34,786 bases of DNA from an uncultured archaeon (lineage in GTDB: Archaea; Iainarchaeota; Iainarchaeia; Iainarchaeales; GW2011-AR10), in the NCBI GenBank assembly GCA_964362395.1, contig CAYIER010000001.1, forward strand, positions 1 through 34,786, written 5' to 3'. Made by a program: the position numbers and the translations under genes. The notes beneath the pieces are model-generated. The model saw nothing but the letters and a program-made list of their open reading frames with translations. It did no database searches and was not told the DNA's origin. Numbering within the stretch: the stretch's first letter is position 1; each line of letters opens with the position of its first letter. This document shows, piece by piece, positions 7,591 to 15,975 of the stretch.

Positions 7591-8016
7591 ATGAAGCAAA
7601 ACGAATTCGAATCAGTAATTTCTTTAAGAAAGGTTTTTGGTTTCCCGAAAACAAAAAGGACAAGGAAAGCAATCAATGAAATAAAGGCGTTCGCGTTAAA
7701 GCACGCAAAAAACGTGCAGGTGAGCATCTCAGAGGAAGTAAACCGGCTGCTTTTAGAAAACTCCCGAAACATCCCTAGGAAAATAAACGCGGTGCTTGTG
7801 AAAAACGACAAAAAAGTCACGGTTTATTTGCAGGGCGGAAAACAGTTAAAGGAAGACCAAAAAAGGGAAGCGGAAGAAAAGAAAAAGAAAGAGCAAAAAG
7901 AGAAGGAAGAAAAAGAAAAGCCAAAAGAAGAGGAAACGGAACAAAAAGAAAAGCTCAAAGACAAAAAAGAGAAAGAAAAAGCCGCAAAATCCCTTGAAAT
8001 GCAGGGGAGAAAATAA
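7591..8016 (+). CDS. rpl31e: 50S ribosomal protein L31e with K/E-rich tail
   Basis: ISLRK...PKTKRTRKAINEIKAF..KH...ISEEVN...PRKI; synteny. Confidence 0.9.
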   Translation: MKQNEFESVISLRKVFGFPKTKRTRKAINEIKAFALKHAKNVQVSISEEVNRLLLENSRNIPRKINAVLVKNDKKVTVYLQGGKQLKEDQKREAEEKKKKEQKEKEEKEKPKEEETEQKEKLKDKKEKEKAAKSLEMQGRK

Positions 8017-8679
8017 ATGAACATTTTCAAGACAACAATCAATTCAAGCCCTTTTGTCGGGGTGTTTTCCTGCGCAAGCGAAAAATTCGCCCTCGCCCCA
8101 ATGTCCACGCCGCAAAAAAAAGTCGACGCAATCGAAGAACACCTCCAAGTGAAAGTGGTCAGGGCATCGCTTGCAAACTCTTCACTGTTGGGCGTACTGT
8201 GCGTGCTGTTTGAAGACAAAATAATCATTTCTGAAATAGTCGAGGAAAGAGAAAAAAAATTCCTTGAAAAAAACGGCCTAAAAGTAAAGCAAATAGACGG
8301 CTATACTGCAATTGGAAACCTTATTTCACTCAACAAAAATGGCGGAATTGCAAGCACGCTGCTTTCACCAAAGAATGTAAAGGAAATAGAGGAATTTTTT
8401 GGCGTGAAACTGGTGCAAAAAGACTTTGCGCACTCAAACCTTGCTGGCGCAGCCGCACTCGCAACAAATAAAGGCTTTATCGTGCACCCAAATATCAGCA
8501 AGGCAGAATTTATGGAAATGCAAAAAATATTCCAAGTCGAAGGGAACCCCACAACCGCAAACTATGGCGACTCATTTATCGGAAACGACGTTGTTGCAAA
8601 CTCAAAAGGGGCAATGGTCGGCGAAATAACAACCACGTTTGAACTGACAAGAATTGACGAAGCACTGAGGGGAAACTGA
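8017..8679 (+). CDS. eif6: Translation initiation factor 6 (aIF6)
   Basis: SPFVGVF, TAIGNLI, ATNKGFIVHP, TANYG, VANSKGAMVG..TT.FELTRIDEAL. Confidence 0.95.
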   Translation: MNIFKTTINSSPFVGVFSCASEKFALAPMSTPQKKVDAIEEHLQVKVVRASLANSSLLGVLCVLFEDKIIISEIVEEREKKFLEKNGLKVKQIDGYTAIGNLISLNKNGGIASTLLSPKNVKEIEEFFGVKLVQKDFAHSNLAGAAALATNKGFIVHPNISKAEFMEMQKIFQVEGNPTTANYGDSFIGNDVVANSKGAMVGEITTTFELTRIDEALRGN

Positions 8680-8680
8680 C

Positions 8681-8881
8681 ATGAAAGAAAAGGAAACAAA
8701 GGAAAAAAACTTTGAAATAAATGGAACATTCATTGAAAAAAAGAGCAAAAAAACGTTCACAAAAACAATCAGCGCACAAAACAAAAACAGGGCAAAAGAA
8801 AAACTGCTCACGGTTTTTGGCTCAAAGCAGGGGATAAAGAGAAGGTGCATTTTTATTGAAGACATCAAAGAGGAAAACTAG
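8681..8881 (+). CDS. rplX: 50S ribosomal protein L18Ae/LX
   Basis: FEINGTF...FTKTISA...AKEKL...FGSKQGIKR..IFI; synteny eif6-rplX-pfdA. Confidence 0.9.
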   Translation: MKEKETKEKNFEINGTFIEKKSKKTFTKTISAQNKNRAKEKLLTVFGSKQGIKRRCIFIEDIKEEN

Positions 8882-8884
8882 CAT

Positions 8885-9334
8885 ATGGCAGAAAAAAAAG
8901 TGCAGATGACACAAGAACAGCTGTTCTCTGCGTTCGCCGGAGAAAACCAGCGCCTCGAAGACCTCAACCAGCGAATCAATATGCTCATAATGGGCTTAAA
9001 TGAAATCACCATGGCACTTTTGTCAATGGATGCAATAAAAAAAGAGAAAGACAAAATCATGGTGCCGCTTGGCGCGGGAATTTTCCTGCAGGCACAAACA
9101 GAGGACAACGAAAACGTGGTCTTTGCGCTCGCAGGGGAAGTAATGAAAACAAAAAAACTCGAAGAGGCAAAACAAGAGATTGAAAAAAGAAAGGAATCGC
9201 TTGAAAAACTGCTTGAAAACACAAAAAGAGAGCACCACAGGACTGCCACAAACGTAAACGCGCTGACAGAAGTCATCAGGAAAGGGCAGGAATTTATTCA
9301 ACAGCAAAGAATGGGGACGATAAAAGGGCTTTAA
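8885..9334 (+). CDS. pfdA: Prefoldin alpha subunit
   Basis: Coiled coils flanking IMVPLGAGIFLQA...VVFALAGEV..KK.LEEA. Confidence 0.9.
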   Translation: MAEKKVQMTQEQLFSAFAGENQRLEDLNQRINMLIMGLNEITMALLSMDAIKKEKDKIMVPLGAGIFLQAQTEDNENVVFALAGEVMKTKKLEEAKQEIEKRKESLEKLLENTKREHHRTATNVNALTEVIRKGQEFIQQQRMGTIKGL

Positions 9335-10546
9335 ATGTTTGACTTTTTAAAGAAAAAAGTTTCCGTTTTTGCCGAAAAAATAAAGCAGACAATTGAAAAA
9401 AAACAAGGGCAAACCGTGCAACAAGAACCGGCTGCACAAGCGCCAAAGCAAACCATTTTAGAACAACAGCCGCCAATTGCAAAGCAGGCAAAGCAACAGG
9501 AACACGAAGGGCAGCCGGCAAAAACACAGCCGAATGCAAAAACAGGGGAACTGAAAACCACAAGGGCGGATGAACCAGCCAAAAAAGAAATTCCAGCTGC
9601 AATTCACAAGGAAAAACCGCAACACAAAATACAGATAGTTCAGGATGACAAGCGCGAACTTGCGGCAAAAGTCGGCATCACAAAAAAACTCAAAGGGCTG
9701 TTTACTGGGACAATAACTGTTTCAAAACAAGACATCAAACACTTTTTGGAAGAATTCGAGCTGGCACTCCTTGAAGCAGACGTTGAAGCAGGGACGGCCC
9801 GCGAAATTACAGAAAAAATCGGAAAAGACCTGGAAGGAAAACAAGTCCCCACAGGCACTGATGTTTCAGGGTTTTTAAAAGACGAAATCAAAAAAGTGCT
9901 CCTGCAAATAATGCAGACAAAAAAAATCGATTTTTTGAAGGAAACGGAAAAGAAAAAACCGTTTGTCGTGCTGTTTCTTGGGCCAAACGGCGCCGGAAAA
10001 ACAACCACCATTGCAAAAATCGCAAACTATTTGAAGGAAAATGGAAAAACCACAGTACTAGCCGCGGCAGACACCTTTCGGGCGGCATCCATTGAACAGC
10101 TGGAAACGCATGCAAGCGCAATCGGCGTAAAAGTTATAAAGCAAAAATACGGGGCAGACCCCGCAGCGGTCGCATTTGACGCAGTGGCTTATGCAAAAGC
10201 AAAAAACCTGGACACCGTGCTGATTGATTCGGCCGGAAGGCAGGAAACAAACAAAAACCTCTTAAAGGAACTCAAAAAAATTGAGCGCATCGCAAAGCCT
10301 GACCTCAAAATATTCATCGGCGAATCATACGCAGGCCAAGCGCTTTTAAGCCAGGGAAGCGAATTTGACAAAGAACTTGACTTAGACGGGTTTATTCTGA
10401 CAAAAATGGATGTTGACTCAAAGGGGGGAACCGCCATTTCCCTGCTGCACGTGCTCAAAAAGCCCATAATTTTTGCCGGAACAGGGCAAAGCTATGATGA
10501 CCTGGCGGAATTTGACCCAAAATTCATCGTGGACCGCATAATTTGA
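9335..10546 (+). CDS. ftsY: SRP receptor FtsY
   Basis: MFDFLKKK start, ALLEADV, GPNGAGKTTTIAK, DTFRAA, DSAGR, TKMD, GTGQSYDDL. Confidence 0.97.
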   Translation: MFDFLKKKVSVFAEKIKQTIEKKQGQTVQQEPAAQAPKQTILEQQPPIAKQAKQQEHEGQPAKTQPNAKTGELKTTRADEPAKKEIPAAIHKEKPQHKIQIVQDDKRELAAKVGITKKLKGLFTGTITVSKQDIKHFLEEFELALLEADVEAGTAREITEKIGKDLEGKQVPTGTDVSGFLKDEIKKVLLQIMQTKKIDFLKETEKKKPFVVLFLGPNGAGKTTTIAKIANYLKENGKTTVLAAADTFRAASIEQLETHASAIGVKVIKQKYGADPAAVAFDAVAYAKAKNLDTVLIDSAGRQETNKNLLKELKKIERIAKPDLKIFIGESYAGQALLSQGSEFDKELDLDGFILTKMDVDSKGGTAISLLHVLKKPIIFAGTGQSYDDLAEFDPKFIVDRII

Positions 10547-10609
10547 GGAAAAAAACCAGAATCATTAAAAAAGCTAATGCAGGAAAAATAACAAAAGAGG
10601 TGTATTTTA

Positions 10610-10897
10610 GTGAAAGTAAGCGAACTACAATCAAAAACCCCCGTGCCGGAACTGGTTGGGGAAATTGTTTCAATCGGCGAGCCAAGAGAATTTGCAAACG
10701 AAAGAGGAAGCGGCCGCGTATGCGACGCAGCACTCAAGGACAAATCAGGCGAAATAAAGATCTCCCTATGGAACGAGCAGATAGACCAGGTAAAAGAAGG
10801 CGACAAAGTAAAAATAGAAAATGGCTGGTGCAGCGAATTTAAGGGCCAAAAACAGGTAAGCACAGGAAAAATGGGAAAACTTACAGTGGTGAAGTAA
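10610..10897 (+). CDS. Single OB-fold ssDNA-binding protein (SSB/RPA-like)
   Basis: EPREF...VCDAALKDKSGEIKISLWNEQ...GDKVKIENG; GAGGTG RBS before GTG. Confidence 0.9.
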   Translation: MKVSELQSKTPVPELVGEIVSIGEPREFANERGSGRVCDAALKDKSGEIKISLWNEQIDQVKEGDKVKIENGWCSEFKGQKQVSTGKMGKLTVVK

Positions 10898-10901
10898 ACT
10901 T

Positions 10902-11552
10902 TTAAAGGTCAGGATGCCTCATGTGAAGCCTGGTCACGTCACCTTTCCCTTTCCCACCCAATTTTGCCATCTCGCCCTTCACAAACCCGTGAAAGTGGCG
11001 CTCGCTGACATTCTGTTTGGTTAAGACCCCAAGTTGAACCAAATGGTTCAGGTCAAACTCCAAACTAATAAATTGCCTTTCAGAAACTCTTTTCACAAGG
11101 TCATAAGAAGGGTGATTCAGCACATTCTTGATGTGCAAGCGAAGACGGTCTGCATTCGCACGGTAAATTCCGCCAAAAGAAACAACCCAGAGCGTGTTTG
11201 CGTCATGGTTATGCCAGTCCCCAAGACGCAGCTTCAAAAAAATTTTTCCCGCCAAAGACTCCTCTGGAGTGATAGTTTTTACCTCGATTTTTTCCGGCTG
11301 GCCACGAATCAGCTTAAGTTTATTGACAAAATCATAGCCCTTATTTGAATGCGGCATTTTTGACCAATGGGGGTGCATTGACTGCAAAAATTCCTCGCCC
11401 TTTTGCCCCCACCACCTTGCACGCCTTGAAGCAGCCAGCCTTGCAAGTTCACGGTCAGACCTAAGCACTTGCAGAAGCCTGTTTGTCTGGGGGTCCATGG
11501 CATGTTTTACCCGTTCAATTTCAGGAATCTTCCTTTTGCCGTGCGGCCGCAT
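10902..11552 (-). CDS. Orphan PD-(D/E)XK restriction-endonuclease-like protein
   Basis: GQKGEEFL...NKGYDF...KIEVKT catalytic-type spacing; basic N-terminus. Confidence 0.65.
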   Translation of the reverse strand: MRPHGKRKIPEIERVKHAMDPQTNRLLQVLRSDRELARLAASRRARWWGQKGEEFLQSMHPHWSKMPHSNKGYDFVNKLKLIRGQPEKIEVKTITPEESLAGKIFLKLRLGDWHNHDANTLWVVSFGGIYRANADRLRLHIKNVLNHPSYDLVKRVSERQFISLEFDLNHLVQLGVLTKQNVSERHFHGFVKGEMAKLGGKGKGDVTRLHMRHPDL

Positions 11553-11758
11553 TCTACCAACAAACACGCATTTGGTTAATAATATGATTTTGGCTGCAAT
11601 TTGGCCCAAACCCCACCCAAAGATAACTTTAAAAACGGTTTAAGGCACATATATACTAGGATTGGGTCAATACTTGCTGATTTTTCTTACTCTTTTTTCA
11701 AAGCGTATAAAAAAAGGCTGCTTGATTCAACTCGTCAATTAAAGGAGGAATAATTTAA

Positions 11759-12136
11759 ATGACATTCAGTAATTTCAACCAAAATAGGTTCCAAAAGCCC
11801 ATTCCGGTAAAGGAAGGGGAAGAATATGACGTTACAATTGAGAACGTTGGAGAAAAAGGAGATGGCATAGCAAAAGTAAAAGGCTATGTGATAATCGTCC
11901 CGCAAACAAAAAAGGGCGAAAGAGTCAGAATAAAGGTAAACGCTATCCGGGGAAAAGTTTCATTCGGCGAAGTCATAGAAAGGCTCGAAGGAGAAACAGA
12001 GGAAGGGGAAGGCGAACCAGAAGCGGAAACGGAAGAAAAAAACGAAGAAAGCTCTGAGGGCTCAGATGACTCCGACAACATAGAGGACAGCGGCGAAGAC
12101 ACGGAGGACAGCTTCGACGAAGACGAGGAGAAGTGA
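11759..12136 (+). CDS. Single TRAM-domain RNA-binding protein with acidic tail
   Basis: PVKEGEEYDVTIENVGEKGDGIAKVKGYVIIVPQTKKGERV; GGAGG RBS. Confidence 0.93.
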   Translation: MTFSNFNQNRFQKPIPVKEGEEYDVTIENVGEKGDGIAKVKGYVIIVPQTKKGERVRIKVNAIRGKVSFGEVIERLEGETEEGEGEPEAETEEKNEESSEGSDDSDNIEDSGEDTEDSFDEDEEK

Positions 12137-12143
12137 AAGCAGC

Positions 12144-12356
12144 ATGGACGAAGACAAAGAACTCGAAATGCTGATGAAGCCATCAGAAGAGTTAAGGTTA
12201 AAGCTCCTAAAGCAAGAGTTTCGCCTCCGAAAAAAACAGCCGGAAGCATGGACAAAAACAAAATTCAGGAAATACGCGAACTTTAGGACAAAAAGGAAAG
12301 AGCCACTCACAGAAGAAATCCAAGTGGCAAAAATAATGGAAAAAAAAGTGGCTTAA
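12144..12356 (+). CDS. Small basic hypothetical protein
   Basis: ATG 7 nt after the TRAM gene stop; 70 aa; no motif recognised. Confidence 0.5.
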   Translation: MDEDKELEMLMKPSEELRLKLLKQEFRLRKKQPEAWTKTKFRKYANFRTKRKEPLTEEIQVAKIMEKKVA

Positions 12357-12368
12357 GCCGGTTGCGTT

Positions 12369-12465
12369 AACACTTTGGCAAAGAAACAACCCTTTTTTAT
12401 TCACTGCCAAAGTGTTGCAGGCTGGTTCGCAGACGTGCCCCATCTTAGGATGAAACGATAATATT
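12369..12465 (+). repeat. Dispersed repeat, copy G (X+Y)
   Basis: Perfect 12-bp IR AACACTTTGGCA/TGCCAAAGTGTT with internal AAGAA..TTCAC; then GGCTGGTTCGCAGACGTGCCCCATC-TTAG-GATGAAACGATAATATT. Confidence 0.82.
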
Positions 12466-12580
12466 TTTTAATTAATGCACTAAAAAGCGCTTTTTTTCTT
12501 AACTAATTGTCAAATGAGTTTAAATTATGCCCAAGCCTGCCAGCTATTTAATTGTTTTTCTTCAATAATTTTGTGTTTCT

Positions 12581-13930
12581 ATGAGCCTTGGAGAGCAGTT
12601 AAGGAAGGCTATTGAGCGCCTGCGGAACAGTTCAGGGCTTGACCGTGAAACCGTAAAAGAGGCAGTCAAAGACATCCAGCGGGCACTTATTGGTTCCGAT
12701 GTTTCGGTTGACCTTGTATTAAAACTAAGCAAAGAGATAGAGGACGCGGCATTCGTTGACCTCCCAATGGGAATCAACCGCCGCGAGCACATACTCAAAA
12801 CAACCTATGACTTGCTTGCAGAATTGTTGGGTGGCTCGCCGCAGCCGCCACAAAAGCCAAAAAAAATACTTTTGATCGGGCTCTTTGGGTCCGGAAAAAG
12901 CACAACTTGCGGAAAGCTGGCAAAATGGTACGCAAAGCGCGGGTTAAAAGTGGGGTTGATTGCTGCGGACACTTTTCGCGCGGCAGCGGTTGAACAATTG
13001 CGGCAGGTGGCAGAAAAGGCAAATGTGGAATTTTTTGGGCTGACTGCAGAAAAAAATGCAGCAAAAGTTGTAAGGGAGGGGCTTAAAAAATTTGAACAAT
13101 TTGACCTGATAATCTGTGATTCGGCGGGAAGAAGTGCACTTGACAGCGTGCTTGTAAAAGAAATAAAGGAAATCAACTCTGTTTTTTCGCCTGACCAGCG
13201 CTGGCTTGTCCTTGGCGCAGACATTGGGCAGGCTGCAAAAAAGCAGGCAAAGGCATTCCATGAAAGCGTGCAGGTGAACGGCGTCATAATCACAAAGCTT
13301 GATGGCTCCGCAAAGGGCGGCGGGGCGCTTGCAGCGTGCCGTGAAACAAACTCGCCGGTTTACTTTGTCGGATTGGGAGAAAAACTTGATGACTTCCAGG
13401 AATTTGATGCAACACGCTACCTCAGCAGAATAATGGGCTACGGCGACCTAGCGGCGCTTCTAGAAAAGGCAAAAGAAATACAGGAAGAGTCAGGACTTGG
13501 CATTGAGGGAATGCTTGGCGGCGAATTCAACCTTGATATTTTTTACAAGCAACTAGTGTCTGCACGAAAGCTCGGGCCGCTAAGCAAGGTCGCGGAAATG
13601 ATGGGGCTTGGCTCGCAGGTCCCAAAAGAAATGCTTGAAGTCGGCGAAGAAAAGCTTGAAGGATTTGCGGCAATGATGGATTCAATGACAAAAAAAGAAA
13701 AACAAAACCCCGAGCTGTTGAACAAAAGCAGGATTGCGCGCATTGCAAAAGGAAGCGGGAAAACACAGGAAGACGTGCGCGAACTCCTGAAAAACTACAG
13801 GACAACCGCGAAAATGTTTTCACAATTCAAAAACATTGACGAAAAAAAACTCGAAAAAGGCGGAATGCAGGGGCTCTTGAAAAAATTCGGCGGGCTTGGA
13901 AAGAAAAAAAAGAAAATAAAATTCAGGTGA
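12581..13930 (+). CDS. srp54: Signal recognition particle protein SRP54
   Basis: DIQRALI..DV, GLFGSGKSTT, DTFRAAA, DSAGR, TKLDGSAKGGGAL; M domain with DSMT..E..NP...SRIARIAKGSG. Confidence 0.97.
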   Translation: MSLGEQLRKAIERLRNSSGLDRETVKEAVKDIQRALIGSDVSVDLVLKLSKEIEDAAFVDLPMGINRREHILKTTYDLLAELLGGSPQPPQKPKKILLIGLFGSGKSTTCGKLAKWYAKRGLKVGLIAADTFRAAAVEQLRQVAEKANVEFFGLTAEKNAAKVVREGLKKFEQFDLIICDSAGRSALDSVLVKEIKEINSVFSPDQRWLVLGADIGQAAKKQAKAFHESVQVNGVIITKLDGSAKGGGALAACRETNSPVYFVGLGEKLDDFQEFDATRYLSRIMGYGDLAALLEKAKEIQEESGLGIEGMLGGEFNLDIFYKQLVSARKLGPLSKVAEMMGLGSQVPKEMLEVGEEKLEGFAAMMDSMTKKEKQNPELLNKSRIARIAKGSGKTQEDVRELLKNYRTTAKMFSQFKNIDEKKLEKGGMQGLLKKFGGLGKKKKKIKFR

Positions 13931-13943
13931 ATAAATGAATAAA

Positions 13944-14040
13944 AACATTAATGGACAGCCCCCGTCAAAGACGGGGCAAAAGCGCCACAACAAATTGGCG
14001 AAAGAAAATTGGGCAAATTGTTCAATTGCCAATTTGTTGC
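13944..14040 (-). repeat. Dispersed repeat, copy C (Y-like hairpin + X)
   Basis: CCCCGTC-AAA-GACGGGG then CAACAAATTGGC (13988-13999)...GCCAATTTGTTG (14028-14039). Confidence 0.85.
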
Positions 14041-14077
14041 AGATTTAGCGGGAGAAAATAAATTAAAATTCAGGTGA

Positions 14078-14914
14078 ATGGAAAAAGGAAAAGATAATAT
14101 GGTTGAAACCCTGATTTTGCGGGAAGCGATTGCAGTGATTGGCTCGGCGTTGGCCGCAAAAAGCGACATAAAAACGGGGCTGATTTTCGACGAAGTGACA
14201 TACCCCATGATTTTGCTTGGCGCACTGTTCAATGCCGCGGAGTTCAACCTCATGGCTTTTTTGGTCGCGGGAACAGTTTTTGCAGCAGGGTATGCAATGT
14301 ATGTTGGCGGAAAAATCGGAGGCGGTGACGTCAAGCTGTTCACCGGCCTTGCGCTGTTGGTGCCGTTTTTGGGCAACAATGTTTTTGTAGTAAACGTTTT
14401 TGTGATAAGCGGTTTTGCAGCAATATTTTATTTTTCTGTTTATTACCTGTTAAAGTACGCAAAAAAAGGGATAAATTTTGAGGAAAACAAGAAAAGCACG
14501 AAAAAAGCGGCTGTTTTGGCGCTTATTCTTGCGGCCTACATGTACTTTGGGCTATCAAGCGGCCTGTTTTCGCAAAAATTTGCCGCAATAATCGGCGTGT
14601 TTGGATTTTGCGCAATAATTTTTGTGGCGCTAGAAAAAGGGATAAAAAAAGAGTTTTTCCTCAAAAAAATCAGGTTAGAGGAACTCGAAGAAGACGACAT
14701 CATTGCCTTGGAGTTTCTTGACGAAAAAACAAGCAAAGGGCTCTCGCTGAATTTCAAGGGAATAGTTGACCAAAAAACAGGGCAAAAACTAAAAGAATTA
14801 AAGCAGACACACGTGTCCGTGTACCGCAACCTCCCAAAATTTGCGCCGTTTGTGCTGCTGGGAGTGGTTGCCGCAATAATTTTTCCGGACATTTTTTCAG
14901 TGGTTTTTTCATGA
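14078..14914 (+). CDS. A24 prepilin/preflagellin peptidase (PibD/FlaK-like); start may be 14099
   Basis: SDIKTGLIFD and IGGGDVKLF catalytic Asp motifs, multiple TM segments, C-terminal PKFAPFVLLG. Confidence 0.9.
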   Translation: MEKGKDNMVETLILREAIAVIGSALAAKSDIKTGLIFDEVTYPMILLGALFNAAEFNLMAFLVAGTVFAAGYAMYVGGKIGGGDVKLFTGLALLVPFLGNNVFVVNVFVISGFAAIFYFSVYYLLKYAKKGINFEENKKSTKKAAVLALILAAYMYFGLSSGLFSQKFAAIIGVFGFCAIIFVALEKGIKKEFFLKKIRLEELEEDDIIALEFLDEKTSKGLSLNFKGIVDQKTGQKLKELKQTHVSVYRNLPKFAPFVLLGVVAAIIFPDIFSVVFS

Positions 14915-15975
14915 ACGAAGACGAAAAATTCATGCAAAAATGCATTGAGCTTGCAAAAAAAGGAAGATTGCACGTTTCGCCAAACCCGATGGTTGGCGCG
15001 CTTGTGGCAAAAAACGGAAAAATAATTGCGCAAGGGTTCCACGGTTTTTTTGGTTCGCCGCACGCAGAGGCAATTGCGCTAAAAAAAGCCGGGAAAAAAG
15101 CACGGGGCGCAACGCTTTATGCAAGCCTTGAGCCTTGCTGCCATTTTGGAAAACAGCCACCGTGCACTGATGCAATAATCAGGGCCAAAATAAAAAAAAC
15201 CGTGGTCGGGGCAATAGACCCAAACCCGCTGGTTTTAGGAAAGGGGATAAAAGAACTGCAAAAGCACGGGATAAAAACGGTTACAGGAGTGCTTGGAAAA
15301 GAATCACAGGAACTAAACGAAAAGTTTTTCAAATTCAAAAAAACAAAAAAACCTTTTGTGCTGGTAAAAAATGCGGTGAGCCTGGATGGAAAAATTTCGT
15401 TTGAAAACCCGCGCAAAAAAATCAGCGGCACTAAGAGCATCAAAAAAATGCACGAACTCCGCAGCGAATTTGACGCAATACTTGTCGGCGCAAACACTGC
15501 CATGGCTGATGACCCGCTCTTGACTTCAAGAATAAGCGGCGCAAGGAACCCGCTTCGGGTAATTGTTGATTCCAAGGCAAAGGTGCCGCTTGATGCAAGG
15601 GTTTTTGGCAAAGAAGCCGGAACAATTGTTGTGTGCACGAAAAAAGCCAGCGCAAAAAAAATCCGGCAAATAAACGAAAAAGGCGCAGGAGTGATTGTTG
15701 CAAAGGAAAAAAACGGGCAAGTGGATTTGAAAAACCTTGCAGAACAACTGGGCAAGATGGGAATTTCAAGCGTGCTTGTAGAAGGCGGGGCAAAAATAAC
15801 GGCCTCTTTCCTGAAAGAAAATCTGGCAGACAAAATGATACTGATTGTTTCGCCGCTAATAATCGGTTCCGGAAAAGATTTTTTGGCGCAAAAAAAAATG
15901 CTTGACAAAATGCGGATAAAAAAAATAGGGTTTGTTGGAAAAGACGCCTGGGTAACGCTTTGCCCGCGCAGTTAA
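14911..15975 (+). CDS. ribD: Bifunctional riboflavin deaminase/reductase RibD
   Basis: SPNPMVGA, HAE, LEPCCHFGKQPPC, SLDGKI, DDPLLTSR, VEGG. Confidence 0.96.
   Translation: MNEDEKFMQKCIELAKKGRLHVSPNPMVGALVAKNGKIIAQGFHGFFGSPHAEAIALKKAGKKARGATLYASLEPCCHFGKQPPCTDAIIRAKIKKTVVGAIDPNPLVLGKGIKELQKHGIKTVTGVLGKESQELNEKFFKFKKTKKPFVLVKNAVSLDGKISFENPRKKISGTKSIKKMHELRSEFDAILVGANTAMADDPLLTSRISGARNPLRVIVDSKAKVPLDARVFGKEAGTIVVCTKKASAKKIRQINEKGAGVIVAKEKNGQVDLKNLAEQLGKMGISSVLVEGGAKITASFLKENLADKMILIVSPLIIGSGKDFLAQKKMLDKMRIKKIGFVGKDAWVTLCPRS

Noticed and set aside
1-14040. Repeat family as a CRISPR array
   Set aside because: Copies are kilobases apart, divergent and in both orientations; there is no repeat-spacer periodicity and no cas gene.
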